Assembly (NCBI GenBank): GCA_028289125.1
Contig: JAQGGZ010000008.1
Coordinates: 1 to 32,000 of the forward strand
DNA from: Candidatus Saccharimonadota bacterium
GTDB taxonomy: Bacteria > Patescibacteriota > Saccharimonadia > Saccharimonadales > UBA4665
Reading direction: 5' to 3'
Length of the DNA stretch: 32,000 nt
The notes under the pieces were generated by a model that saw only the letters and a list, made by a program, of their open reading frames with translations, was not told where the DNA came from and searched no databases. Shown in pieces: positions 1 through 9,261 of the stretch. The translations under genes and the position numbers were made by a program. The first letter of the stretch is position 1; each line of letters begins with the position of its first letter.

Positions 1-168
1 GGTAACGACAGCTGGGTCGAGCCGACGTTGCAGCGCATGAAGGCCTGCATGGACAGCGATACGATGCCTCCGATGGGGGAGAGCATCATGGGAGGCCCGT
101 GTGAGTTCTGTAGCTACGCCCGATCACGGACCGAGCTGACGCTGGCAGCGCTCAAGGGTCGGAAATGA
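1..168 (+). CDS. C-terminal fragment of a protein truncated by the window edge; possibly a PD-(D/E)XK nuclease-like protein
   Basis: Frame 1 is open from base 1 to TGA 166-168 and encodes GNDSWVEPTLQRMKACMDSDTMPPMGESIMGGPCEFCSYARSRTELTLAALKGRK. A CxxC near the C-terminus resembles the end of Cas4/AddB-like nucleases. Too short for firm assignment. Confidence 0.45.
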   Translation, partial: GNDSWVEPTLQRMKACMDSDTMPPMGESIMGGPCEFCSYARSRTELTLAALKGRK

Positions 169-1043
169 TCGATTACCGGCCGCTGGAAGTGTTCGAAACC
201 CCCGCGCAGCGGGCCAGGGCCGAGCGGTATCTCAACCGACAGCAGAAGTTCTACGTACCGTTCACATTGAAACAAGTCGCGGCCTGGCTCGGGACGTTAC
301 TCGTCTTTGCCGGGTTTGTTTACTTCGCCCTACGGGTTTCCGCCACGCTAGGGCAGGTACTTTTATATCTCGGCGGATTCGGATCAGTCGGGTACTTTTT
401 ATGGCGTGCGTCACAGCGTCACAAGGTTACGCAGGCCTGGGCGGCGGCGAATGGCTGGTCCTGTGGACAGCCGGTACCTGATTTCATGATTGCCAGCATC
501 ACGCCGGCGCTTGCCAAGGTATCAAGGGGCGGCGCGAAAATCAGTGGCGCCTATGGGCAGACGGCGTTCTGGTTTTATGCGTATGCCTATGAATATGTCG
601 ATCCGTCCAGCCGCCTGAGCAGCAGTAATGACGGCCCCGATGTCAGGCGAGAGACTTTCCAGACCGTCACCTATCGGTTCCCGGTTAACCTGCCGGTATT
701 TTTGTTGGATGCCACCACCGACGGCCGCCAGAAGCAGCTGGATATCTTCGGCGCGCCGCTCCAGCGACTTGAACTGGAAGGGGACTTTAATAAATACTTC
801 ACTCTCTATCAACGGCCCGGTGACCAGATCGACGTACTTTCGTTCATCACGCCCGAATTCATGGCGCTGTTGGCGGACGAAGCACCGTTCCTGAACTTCC
901 AGACCGATGGCCAGTACCTGCACGTATTCAGTAACCGTTCACACGGTATCGATTATTCGATGACGAAGAACCTGTTCGATAAGAGTCGCCTCCTGGTGGA
1001 CGCTATCGAGCGGAAACTGAATCTCAACCGTCCGGCCCAGTGA
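165..1043 (+). CDS. Conserved-type hypothetical membrane protein with two predicted N-terminal TM helices
   Basis: 292 aa ORF. ATGA overlap with the upstream ORF. Hydrophobic segments VAAWLGTLLVFAGFVYFALRV and LGQVLLYLGGFGSVGYFLW. Confidence 0.85.
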   Translation: MIDYRPLEVFETPAQRARAERYLNRQQKFYVPFTLKQVAAWLGTLLVFAGFVYFALRVSATLGQVLLYLGGFGSVGYFLWRASQRHKVTQAWAAANGWSCGQPVPDFMIASITPALAKVSRGGAKISGAYGQTAFWFYAYAYEYVDPSSRLSSSNDGPDVRRETFQTVTYRFPVNLPVFLLDATTDGRQKQLDIFGAPLQRLELEGDFNKYFTLYQRPGDQIDVLSFITPEFMALLADEAPFLNFQTDGQYLHVFSNRSHGIDYSMTKNLFDKSRLLVDAIERKLNLNRPAQ

Positions 1044-1065
1044 CGCATGCGCTATACTAAGGTAC

Positions 1066-2346
1066 ATGCTTGATATCCAATTTATCCGTGACAATCCTGA
1101 ATTCGTAACTGAGAAGGCCGCCCAGAAGGGCTATCCCGTCGACATCCGTCAGCTGCTCGAGCTCGACGTCCAGCGCCGCAGCAAACTGACCCAGATTGAA
1201 GAACTCCGCGCCCGCCGCAAGACCGCCGGCAAACCGACACCCGAAGAAATCGAAGCTGGCCGCCAGCTGCGCGAAGAACTGACTGAGCGGGAAGCTGAGC
1301 TCAAGATCGTCGATGCACAGTTCGACGCCTTACTGCGTTCCGTCCCCAACATGCCGCTCGAAGATGTTCCCGTCGGCGCCAGCGAAGATGAGAACGTCGT
1401 CGCCAAGACCGTCGGCGACAAGCCCGGGTTCGACTTCGAACCTAAGAACCACTGGGAAATCGTCGAACCACGCGGCATGCTCGACAAGGTGCGCGCCGCC
1501 AAGATCGCCGGCTCACGCTTCGGTTATATAAAGGGCGACCTGGTGCGCCTACAGCTTGCCATCGAACAATTCGTCATGCAGACCCTGGGCGATGAAACCG
1601 TCATCCAGAAACTTATCACCGAGAATGACCTGAACCTGGTAGCCAAACCCTTCATGCCTATTTTGCCGCCGGCCATGCTCCGCACCGAACCGTACCAGGC
1701 AAGCGCCCGCCTTAACGGCGAAGAAGTCACTTATAAGATCGAACAGGACGACCTCTGGCTGAACGCCAGCGCCGAACACACCCTCTGTACCATGTACTGG
1801 AACGAAATTCTGCCCGAAGCCGAACTGCCGATCCGCTATATCGGTTTTCTGACCAGTTTCCGCCGCGAAGCCGGTACGTACGGCAAGGACACCGAAGGCA
1901 TGCTGCGCTGGCACCAGTTTGACAAGCTTGAAATGGAAGTCTTCAGCACGCCGGAGACCGGCTTAGATGAACACAAATTGTTGTGCGCAGTGCAGGAATA
2001 TCTCGTACAACAGCTCGGCCTGCCGTACCAGGTCTTACAGAAATGTACTGCCGACATCGGCAAGCCGAACGCCCGCGGCGTCGATATCGAATGCTGGTTC
2101 CCGGGGCAGAGCGCTTACCGTGAGACTCATACGGCCGACTATATGACCGATTTCCAGGCCCGTGACCTCAAAACCCGCGTCCGCCGCGGCAGTGGTGATA
2201 TCGACTGGGTGCACACGAACGACGCCACCGCCTTCGCGACTAACCGAATCATCGCCGCCATCGTCGAAAACTACCAGACCGCTGACGGCCATGTCGTCAT
2301 TCCTGAAGTCCTGCGTCCATTCATGGGCGGAACGGAGCAAATCTGA
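1066..2346 (+). CDS. serS: Serine--tRNA ligase
   Basis: 426 aa. N-terminus MLDIQFIRDNPEFVTEKAAQKG with a coiled-coil arm. Class II motifs including TSFRREAG and C-terminal NDATAFATNRIIAAIVENYQTADGHVVIPEVLRPFMGG. Confidence 0.97.
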   Translation: MLDIQFIRDNPEFVTEKAAQKGYPVDIRQLLELDVQRRSKLTQIEELRARRKTAGKPTPEEIEAGRQLREELTEREAELKIVDAQFDALLRSVPNMPLEDVPVGASEDENVVAKTVGDKPGFDFEPKNHWEIVEPRGMLDKVRAAKIAGSRFGYIKGDLVRLQLAIEQFVMQTLGDETVIQKLITENDLNLVAKPFMPILPPAMLRTEPYQASARLNGEEVTYKIEQDDLWLNASAEHTLCTMYWNEILPEAELPIRYIGFLTSFRREAGTYGKDTEGMLRWHQFDKLEMEVFSTPETGLDEHKLLCAVQEYLVQQLGLPYQVLQKCTADIGKPNARGVDIECWFPGQSAYRETHTADYMTDFQARDLKTRVRRGSGDIDWVHTNDATAFATNRIIAAIVENYQTADGHVVIPEVLRPFMGGTEQI

Positions 2347-2684
2347 TGCAGATCAATGTCACTGGCTCCAAGCAGATCGTCGACGAAGAGCTGCGGAAGT
2401 ACGTCACTAAGCAAATCGGCCGCCACGACAAACTGCTCGGACCAAAGACGCGCGAAATCGCCGTCGCCGACGTCGCATTTAAGAAAGTGAACGGCGATGT
2501 TTCGTGCAAATTACGTGTCACGCTGCCGCAAGACACGCTGGAAGTTGAGGAAATTACCGTCAACGCCTACGCTGCCACCGATATCGTCGGGCCAGTCGTG
2601 CGTGACTTTCTGACCAAATACAGCCATAAATACGGCGGTGGCAAGCTGTACCACATGCTGCGGATGCGCCTCAACAGATTATGA
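2346..2684 (+). CDS. HPF/RaiA-like ribosome-associated factor
   Basis: 112 aa, MQINVTGSKQIVDEELRKYVTKQIGRHDKLL...; size and pattern of the short HPF/YfiA family. Overlaps the serS stop (TGATG). Confidence 0.75.
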   Translation: MQINVTGSKQIVDEELRKYVTKQIGRHDKLLGPKTREIAVADVAFKKVNGDVSCKLRVTLPQDTLEVEEITVNAYAATDIVGPVVRDFLTKYSHKYGGGKLYHMLRMRLNRL

Positions 2685-3202
2685 GCAAACGGCCTACGGC
2701 TGAAGATATCCAGGCCGCTGCTGCTGTCCTGAATAAGCTGGAGCCGGGTTATCTGCCACCGGAAATCTTTTTTGCGGTGGCCCGTCTCTGTGTTTTGACG
2801 ACTGTCGAGATGGTGCCACTCCGCATGCGGAACGGCAGGGTAGAGGTACTGCTGACCCGTCGTCCGGCCGATGACCCGAACTGGCCGGATATGTTGCACG
2901 TACCCGGCACGATATTGCGGCCGTCGGATGAAGAGAATAATTACCACAGTGCGTTCGATCGCATTTTTCAGGATGAGCTGCCAGGCATCACTGTCATTTC
3001 TCGGCCACAGTTCCTCGAAACCCGCTTTCATCAGGTGCAGCGTGGCCGGGAGTCGGCCTTGATCCATTATGTAGAAGTTGCCGGTACGACCCCTGAAGCA
3101 GAGTATTATCCAGTCGCCCTGTTACCGCCCGAAATCATCGATCATCAGGTCAGTTTCATCAAATCGGCTGCCGACCGGTTCGGTCAATCTCAACCTCGGT
3201 AG
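2681..3202 (+). CDS. NUDIX-like protein with a degenerate Nudix box
   Basis: 173 aa. VEVLLTRRPADDPNWPDMLHVPGTILRPSDEE..., then AFDRIFQDEL where REUXEE is expected. ATGA overlap with the upstream gene. Confidence 0.6.
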   Translation: MSKRPTAEDIQAAAAVLNKLEPGYLPPEIFFAVARLCVLTTVEMVPLRMRNGRVEVLLTRRPADDPNWPDMLHVPGTILRPSDEENNYHSAFDRIFQDELPGITVISRPQFLETRFHQVQRGRESALIHYVEVAGTTPEAEYYPVALLPPEIIDHQVSFIKSAADRFGQSQPR

Positions 3203-3228
3203 ATTTTCTCGCCAGAACAGAGAAAATC
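3202..3228. repeat. Perfect 9-bp inverted repeat GATTTTCTC-N9-GAGAAAATC
   Basis: Arms at 3202-3210 and 3220-3228. It starts on the upstream stop codon and ends 3 nt before TATAAT. Confidence 0.85.
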
Positions 3229-3231
3229 GAG

Positions 3232-3237
3232 TATAAT
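3232..3237 (+). promoter_or_regulatory. Candidate -10 element (TATAAT) for secA
   Basis: Consensus hexamer 49 nt upstream of the secA ATG. SD-like AGAGGGGAG at 3267-3275. Confidence 0.6.
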
Positions 3238-3286
3238 AAGCCTCAAGTAAATCACGACCAATCTGTAGAGGGGAGTTTCGACCGTC

Positions 3287-5890
3287 ATGAATACCTTGTT
3301 TAAAAAAGTGCTAGGGGATCCGCAGGCAAAAACCGTCAAACGCTTGCGCAAGCGCGTCGCCGAGATCAACAAGCTGGCACCCAAGTACGAAAAGCTGACT
3401 GATGCCAAGTTGAAGGACCAGACCAAGGTCCTTAAGAAGCGCCTGGCCAAAGAAAGCCTCGACGCCATTCTGCCCGACGCCTTCGCCGTCGTTCGTGAAG
3501 CCGCTAAGCGCAGTATCGGGCTGCGTCACTTCGATGTCCAGCTGATCGGTGGCATGGTGCTGCACGAAGGTAACGTCGCCGAAATGAAGACCGGTGAAGG
3601 TAAGACCCTGGTCGCAACCGCGCCGGTCTACCTCAACGCCTTGACCGGCAAGGGCGTCCACGTCGTCACCGTCAACGACTACCTGGCCCAGCGTGACGCC
3701 GGCTGGATGGCTCAGGTCTACCACTTCTTGGGGCTTACTACCGGTGTCATCATGGCCGACCATTCCTTCGTCTATGATCCTGAATACACCAACGCCGAGC
3801 ACACCGACCCACGCATGCATCACCTCAAGCCAGCCACTCGCCAAGAAGCCTACGCCGCAGACATCACCTACGGCACCAACAACGAATACGGCTTTGACTA
3901 CCTGCGTGACAACATGGTCCGTGAAGAAGAACAGCTGCGCCAACGCCCGCTGCACTACGCCATCGTTGACGAGGTAGACTCCATCCTGATCGACGAAGCT
4001 CGCACGCCGTTGATCATCAGCGCCCCGAGCGTAACCAGTGGCAGCTCCTACGCCCAATTCGCCAAGGTCGTCCGCCAACTGAAGCCCGAACATTATGAAG
4101 TCGACGAGAAGCGTAAGAGCGTCATTCTCAACGATGAGGGTATCGAAAAGGTCGAGAAGGTCCTTGGCATCAGCAACCTCTACGAAAGCGACAACATCCG
4201 CACCATTTACCACTTGCAGCAGGCCCTGCGCGCCGAGACGTTGTTCAAGCGCGATAAGGATTATGTCGTCAGCAAAGATGGAGAAATCGTCATCGTCGAC
4301 GAATTCACCGGTCGTATGCTGGCCGGCCGCCGTTATAACGAAGGCCTCCACCAGGCCATCGAAGCCAAAGAAGGCGTCGAAGTCCAGGAAGAGTCTATGA
4401 CGCTGGCCACGATTTCCTTCCAGAACTACTTCCGTCTCTATGAAAAACTGGCTGGTATGACCGGTACCGCGCTGACCGAAGCCGAAGAATTCCACATGAT
4501 TTACAAACTCGACGTCGTCGAGATCCCAAGCAACCGCAAGATCGCCCGTAATGACAAGCCGGACCGCATCTACCGCACCGAACACGGCAAGTTCAAGGCT
4601 ATCGCCCGTGAAGTCAAAGTCCTGCACACCCGTGGCCAGCCGGTCCTGATCGGTACCGTCTCAATCGAAAAGAACGAACTGTTATCCAGTATGCTCACCC
4701 AGGCCAAGGTGCCACACCAGATCCTGAACGCCAAGAACAACGAACGTGAAGCCGCCATCGTCGCCAAAGCCGGTGAGAAGGGCGCCGTCACCCTGGCGAC
4801 CAACATCGCCGGTCGTGGTACCGACATCGTTTTGGCCGAAGGCGTCAAAGAACTCGGCGGTCTGTTCGTCCTGGGTTCCGAGCGCCATGAGTCACGCCGC
4901 ATCGACAACCAGCTGCGTGGTCGCGCCGGCCGTCAGGGTGACCCTGGTACGACCCAGTTCTTCGTCAGTACCGAAGACGACCTGATGCGTATCTTCGGTG
5001 GCGAACGTATCGGTGCCATCATGGAGCGCCTCAGTGTCGACGACGAGACCCCGATTGAGAACCGTATCATCAGCCGGAGCCTCGAAGGCGCCCAGAAGAA
5101 GGTCGAAGGCCGCAACTTCGATGAACGCAAGCGCGTCGTCCAGTACGACGACGTCATGAACCGTCACCGCCGCGCTACCTACAGTATGCGCAGCGAAATC
5201 CTTAAGTCCGACGACATCAGCAAGCGCATCCGCACCCTGATCGATGACGAGGCCAGGGAACTGACCAACTCACCGCTGCTCGCGACCGATCAGTTCGAGA
5301 CCGTCCTGACCGAGTTGATCCCGCTCGACGACGCCGCACTCGACCGCCTGTTTGACACCGAGACCGACAAGTTCGAGCACGCCTTTAAGACGACAGCCAA
5401 AGAATTCTACGAAGCCCGTGAGACCGCTTTCACCCCTGAAGTCATGCGCAAGGTCGAACGTGATATCTACCTGCAGATCCTCGACAACCTGTGGATGCAA
5501 CACCTTGAGAACATGGAACACATGCGCGAGGGTATCCACTGGACGAGCATCGGCCAGAAAGACCCGTTGGTCGAATACCGCCGCCGCGGTCAGGAATTGT
5601 TCGAAACGATGCAGACTACGCTGCGCCACGAAATCCTGCGCAACATCTTCCACGCACAGCCGGTCGACATTAGCGCCTTGCAGCGGCCGGTCGAGACCGA
5701 ACTGACCCGCGCCGCCCGCCAATCGGTCGACAACGCCGATATGATCACCGAATCGGATAATGAGTTGACCGAAAACGACTTCCGCAGCGCTGCCGAAGAG
5801 CACATGGCCAAGAAGCAGGCCGCCGACAAGCGCAAGAAGACCCGCAAGACCGAACGCCAACGTAAGACCGTCGCCCGGAAGCGCAAGTAG
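3287..5890 (+). CDS. secA: Protein translocase subunit SecA
   Basis: 867 aa. Motifs EMKTGEGKTLVA, VNDYLAQRDAGWM, DEVDSILIDEARTPLIIS, TLATNIAGRGTDI, LRGRAGRQGDPG. No C-terminal CxCxSGxxxxxC[CH] zinc motif. Confidence 0.98.
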   Translation: MNTLFKKVLGDPQAKTVKRLRKRVAEINKLAPKYEKLTDAKLKDQTKVLKKRLAKESLDAILPDAFAVVREAAKRSIGLRHFDVQLIGGMVLHEGNVAEMKTGEGKTLVATAPVYLNALTGKGVHVVTVNDYLAQRDAGWMAQVYHFLGLTTGVIMADHSFVYDPEYTNAEHTDPRMHHLKPATRQEAYAADITYGTNNEYGFDYLRDNMVREEEQLRQRPLHYAIVDEVDSILIDEARTPLIISAPSVTSGSSYAQFAKVVRQLKPEHYEVDEKRKSVILNDEGIEKVEKVLGISNLYESDNIRTIYHLQQALRAETLFKRDKDYVVSKDGEIVIVDEFTGRMLAGRRYNEGLHQAIEAKEGVEVQEESMTLATISFQNYFRLYEKLAGMTGTALTEAEEFHMIYKLDVVEIPSNRKIARNDKPDRIYRTEHGKFKAIAREVKVLHTRGQPVLIGTVSIEKNELLSSMLTQAKVPHQILNAKNNEREAAIVAKAGEKGAVTLATNIAGRGTDIVLAEGVKELGGLFVLGSERHESRRIDNQLRGRAGRQGDPGTTQFFVSTEDDLMRIFGGERIGAIMERLSVDDETPIENRIISRSLEGAQKKVEGRNFDERKRVVQYDDVMNRHRRATYSMRSEILKSDDISKRIRTLIDDEARELTNSPLLATDQFETVLTELIPLDDAALDRLFDTETDKFEHAFKTTAKEFYEARETAFTPEVMRKVERDIYLQILDNLWMQHLENMEHMREGIHWTSIGQKDPLVEYRRRGQELFETMQTTLRHEILRNIFHAQPVDISALQRPVETELTRAARQSVDNADMITESDNELTENDFRSAAEEHMAKKQAADKRKKTRKTERQRKTVARKRK

Positions 5891-5892
5891 CC

Positions 5893-7194
5893 TTGAAGCA
5901 TACCGTATCCGAACTGGTGCTTAAGAACGGCTCGCGCGGACTACTCGTCCATATTCCTGATGCCCAGGTCATGACCTTCGATATCAACTTCCGGGCCGGC
6001 GAATATCTCGTCGACCCGTTGAAATGGGAAGTGCCGCACCTTATGGAGCACATCCTGCTCGGTGCTAATCAACTGATTCCGAAGGCCCGTGATTTTCAGG
6101 CCGAACTTGAGAAGAACGGCGCCTACAGCAACGCCACGACCGGCGTTTATGATATCACCTATGAGGCCGAGTGCGCCGACTTTGAATGGGACCGGGTGCT
6201 GCAGCTGCTGCTTGTCGCCATCACCAAACCGTTGTTCCTCAAAGATGAATACGAAGCCGAGTACGGCAACGTCGCCGAGGAACTGACCGCCCGCGCCAAC
6301 AACCATTCGCGCCGCCTGAGTCTGGCGCTGCGTAAGGAGTTCGGCTTCCTGGCCAAGACCGACCGCGAGCGCCTCGGCCTGATGGCCAACGTCTCGCTGG
6401 AAGATGTCCAGCAGCATTACCACGACACGCACCAGGCAGGGAACATGCGTTTCTGCTTCGCCGGCAACATTACGCCGGAACGGGTACGCGAAATCGAGGC
6501 CATCATGACAAACATCAGCCTCGACTCCGGCACCACCCGGTTTGCGTTGCCGACCGAGATGCCACGCAAACTTCCGAAGCCGCTCGTCATCAAGAACCAA
6601 TCAGTCAAGAACATCTATTTCTTCCTCGACGCCTTCATGGAGCGCCGCATGTCCGATGCAGAGTCCGACGCCCTCAACCTGGTCAACACCATGTTCACCG
6701 AGACGCTGTACTCTAAAATCCTCGGTGCCGCCCGCGAACGCGGTCTCGTGTATGACATGGGCAGCGGCCTGAACCTGTCCAAGCACAGCAGCAACTGGTG
6801 GTTCGGCGCACAGGTCAGCCCACGCAACGCCAAGCCCTTGTTCGATATCATGAATCACGAGATCCTCGAGGTCCTTCATGGCAACCTGCCCGAAGAAGAA
6901 ATCGATGCCGCCAAGCAGTATGCGCTCGGCCGCTTCCAGCGTTCCGGCCAGACAGTCGGCGCGACGGCCGGTGGTTACAGCCACCGCTACTTCTTCGACG
7001 ATCACATCAACGACTACTACCAGATGCCGGAACGTATCGCCAAAGTCGATCGTGACGCCATCGTCAAGATTACGCGCGAAATGTTCACCAGCAACATCTG
7101 GGGCCTCGGCGTACTCGGTAAGACCGATGCCGAATTCGCCGCTCAGCTGAACGAGCAGGCCAGTGTCCTGTGGGAAAAACCGCAGTTGATCTGA
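5893..7194 (+). CDS. M16 family (insulinase-like) metallopeptidase
   Basis: 433 aa, TTG start 2 nt after the secA stop. HxxEH motif in EVPHLMEHILLGA, with a downstream Glu-rich segment EYEAEYGNVAEELT. Confidence 0.88.
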   Translation: MKHTVSELVLKNGSRGLLVHIPDAQVMTFDINFRAGEYLVDPLKWEVPHLMEHILLGANQLIPKARDFQAELEKNGAYSNATTGVYDITYEAECADFEWDRVLQLLLVAITKPLFLKDEYEAEYGNVAEELTARANNHSRRLSLALRKEFGFLAKTDRERLGLMANVSLEDVQQHYHDTHQAGNMRFCFAGNITPERVREIEAIMTNISLDSGTTRFALPTEMPRKLPKPLVIKNQSVKNIYFFLDAFMERRMSDAESDALNLVNTMFTETLYSKILGAARERGLVYDMGSGLNLSKHSSNWWFGAQVSPRNAKPLFDIMNHEILEVLHGNLPEEEIDAAKQYALGRFQRSGQTVGATAGGYSHRYFFDDHINDYYQMPERIAKVDRDAIVKITREMFTSNIWGLGVLGKTDAEFAAQLNEQASVLWEKPQLI

Positions 7195-7198
7195 CCAG

Positions 7199-7211
7199 CT
7201 GTTCAGAACAG
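7199..7211. repeat. Palindrome CTGTTC-A-GAACAG
   Basis: Perfect 6-bp arms around one central base, immediately after the M16 gene stop and 11 nt upstream of a TACAAT hexamer. Confidence 0.8.
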
Positions 7212-7254
7212 TCAAAGACCTGTACAATGCAACCTATAAAGCGGCCCCATCGAT

Positions 7255-9261
7255 ATGCGGTACTACAGCGAAATATACCTTCTTGAAACAAACATCAAAA
7301 ACGAACATTGGCAGAAGCTGTATCGCGCCATGCTGCTGTTCTGCGGCTGGGGCACTTCCTTCGATTTCATATTCACGTGCCACGACAATCAGGTACGATT
7401 CTTTGTCGTCAGTCCGAAAGACATAAGTTCGCTGTCTAACGCCGTCGATGGCATCCTACTGCGGCCCGTCACCGAAGACGCTGTCAAATGTCCCGAGACG
7501 ACCCGCAAGGCGCGTATGCTGCAGTTTGTCACGGGCGGCAACATCCTCGATTTCAAAGAAAAGTTAGCCGTCAAATACAGCCTGCAGCTGGAAATGGCCG
7601 TCGTCAGCGTCAAACCGTACACCGATAGCAAAGCACTCGTCAAAAATGTCTTATATATGAAGGACGCGGCCGGGCAGTGGGCTACCAGTGTCAAGCGCCA
7701 TACTTTTTTCCCAGCACATTTGTTTGCTATCGATTTCTCAAGCAACACTCATTACCTGAAAACGACCGTCCCCAAATACCTCAACATCGAAAAGTCGTTG
7801 CACATGCTCAACAGCGCTAACGTCGACGCCTTATTCGAGGTCGATACGTTCCCTTATTTCTCACATAATTATTACCTGAACCTGCCGAATTACGAGTTTG
7901 ACCTCCACTCATTCATCATCGGTGCGAGCGGGTCAGGGAAGTCAAAGCTCATCAGCTTATTCGTCGACCGGCTCTATCAGACTGCGCTGCGCTTGAATTA
8001 TCGGGTTGTCGTCATCGATCCGCATGCATCGCTTGAGGAAGATTTTCTGGGCATGCCGGACTCCAAAATCATACGCTTTAACGATGAAAGTACCGAGTTG
8101 TTCGCCAGCGCCGGTGCAGACGTATCAGCCGCCACCGAGCTGACCGCGACACTTTTCAAGTCGTTGCTGGCAGACCAGTACACCCCACGGCTTGACCGCT
8201 TACTGCGTTTCAGCTTATTCGTATTGTTCACCGCTCAGAACATGTCGCTTGATACGCTCAAACGATTCTTAACCGATATCGAACTGCGCAATCAGGTGCT
8301 CGACCACGTCAGGGAGTTCGTGCCACCTAACATCACCAAGTTCTTCGGTGGCGATTTCAACGAAATGCGGACGCAGTACTACAACGAGACTATTTCGCCT
8401 ATCGTGTCACTTGTTGATGAGATGCAACTCCAGCCGGCTTTGGTTGGAAACGGCGACGTCTCTCTTGCCAAAACTATTAACGAGAACTTCTTGACGGTAT
8501 TCTCGCTCAACAAGGTGAAGATGGGACAGAAAGTCGTCAAGACTGTGGCAGGACTGATCATTCAACAAATTTTCCTACTCGCGCAGTCGAGGGCCTTCAA
8601 TCAAAAAGTAATCATGATCATCGACGAAGTATCTGTCGTCCAAACTCCCGCTCTGGCATCGATACTGGCCGAAGCTCGAAAGTACAACCTATACGTCTTT
8701 CTTACGCAGCAGTATTTCGGTCAGATCGAAGATGACCTCAAGGCCGCGATTTTCGCGAACGTCTACAACTATTACGTCTTCCGGACTTCCGAGGAGGACG
8801 CCCGGGCGCTTGAGGGCAACCTGAAAATCGAGTTGCCCGCGGAACTCGTTGCCCAGGAATCTGCCCGCGGAGTAAAAGAAATCGACCTTCGCATCCGTAT
8901 GTTAACCGAATTACACCCTCGCGAATGCATAGCAAGACTCCTGTCCAAAGGCCAGCTCAACCCATGTGTTAAACTTCGCACTATGGATGCCCCGCAACGG
9001 GTGGCACAGCCCGGTAATCAGATTACCGACCTCCAGGCTTATGAACAGATTGCCCAGACGATCAATCTGCCATCAAAATTCGTGGAGACACCATCGCCAA
9101 GTCACACTGGCGCCGACCAGCAGTCATCACCGGCTCCAGCGCCCGCCGCTCAGATGGTGTACACCGAGGCGCCACCGCCTATGAGTATGAATCTGAGCGA
9201 ACTTATGGCTCAGCACTCATCAGGCAGAAAAGAAGTACACCCAAGAAAGGAAACGGCATGA
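7255..9261 (+). CDS. VirB4/TraG/HerA-like P-loop ATPase (type IV secretion/DNA-translocase superfamily)
   Basis: 668 aa. Walker A IIGASGSGKSKLI, VVIDPHASLEEDF, Walker B VIMIIDEVSVV followed by AEARKYNLYVFLTQQYFGQIE (typical of TraG/VirB4/HerA relatives). Confidence 0.85.
   Translation: MRYYSEIYLLETNIKNEHWQKLYRAMLLFCGWGTSFDFIFTCHDNQVRFFVVSPKDISSLSNAVDGILLRPVTEDAVKCPETTRKARMLQFVTGGNILDFKEKLAVKYSLQLEMAVVSVKPYTDSKALVKNVLYMKDAAGQWATSVKRHTFFPAHLFAIDFSSNTHYLKTTVPKYLNIEKSLHMLNSANVDALFEVDTFPYFSHNYYLNLPNYEFDLHSFIIGASGSGKSKLISLFVDRLYQTALRLNYRVVVIDPHASLEEDFLGMPDSKIIRFNDESTELFASAGADVSAATELTATLFKSLLADQYTPRLDRLLRFSLFVLFTAQNMSLDTLKRFLTDIELRNQVLDHVREFVPPNITKFFGGDFNEMRTQYYNETISPIVSLVDEMQLQPALVGNGDVSLAKTINENFLTVFSLNKVKMGQKVVKTVAGLIIQQIFLLAQSRAFNQKVIMIIDEVSVVQTPALASILAEARKYNLYVFLTQQYFGQIEDDLKAAIFANVYNYYVFRTSEEDARALEGNLKIELPAELVAQESARGVKEIDLRIRMLTELHPRECIARLLSKGQLNPCVKLRTMDAPQRVAQPGNQITDLQAYEQIAQTINLPSKFVETPSPSHTGADQQSSPAPAPAAQMVYTEAPPPMSMNLSELMAQHSSGRKEVHPRKETA

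Noticed and set aside
3311-4627. 438-aa ORF on the minus strand, antisense to secA
   Set aside because: The sense strand encodes unmistakable SecA. Strong codon bias (many GNC/NNC codons) leaves the opposite strand open. The antisense translation has no recognisable motif and no start signals.
7199-7211. CTGTTCAGAACAG considered as a LexA/SOS box
   Set aside because: E. coli LexA needs CTGT-N8-ACAG (here N5), and the Gram-positive box is GAAC-N4-GTTC, the opposite orientation. Kept only as an unassigned palindrome.
5270-7227. Long minus-strand ORFs (196, 219, 208 aa) antisense to secA and the M16 peptidase
   Set aside because: Same shadow-ORF effect opposite well-supported genes.
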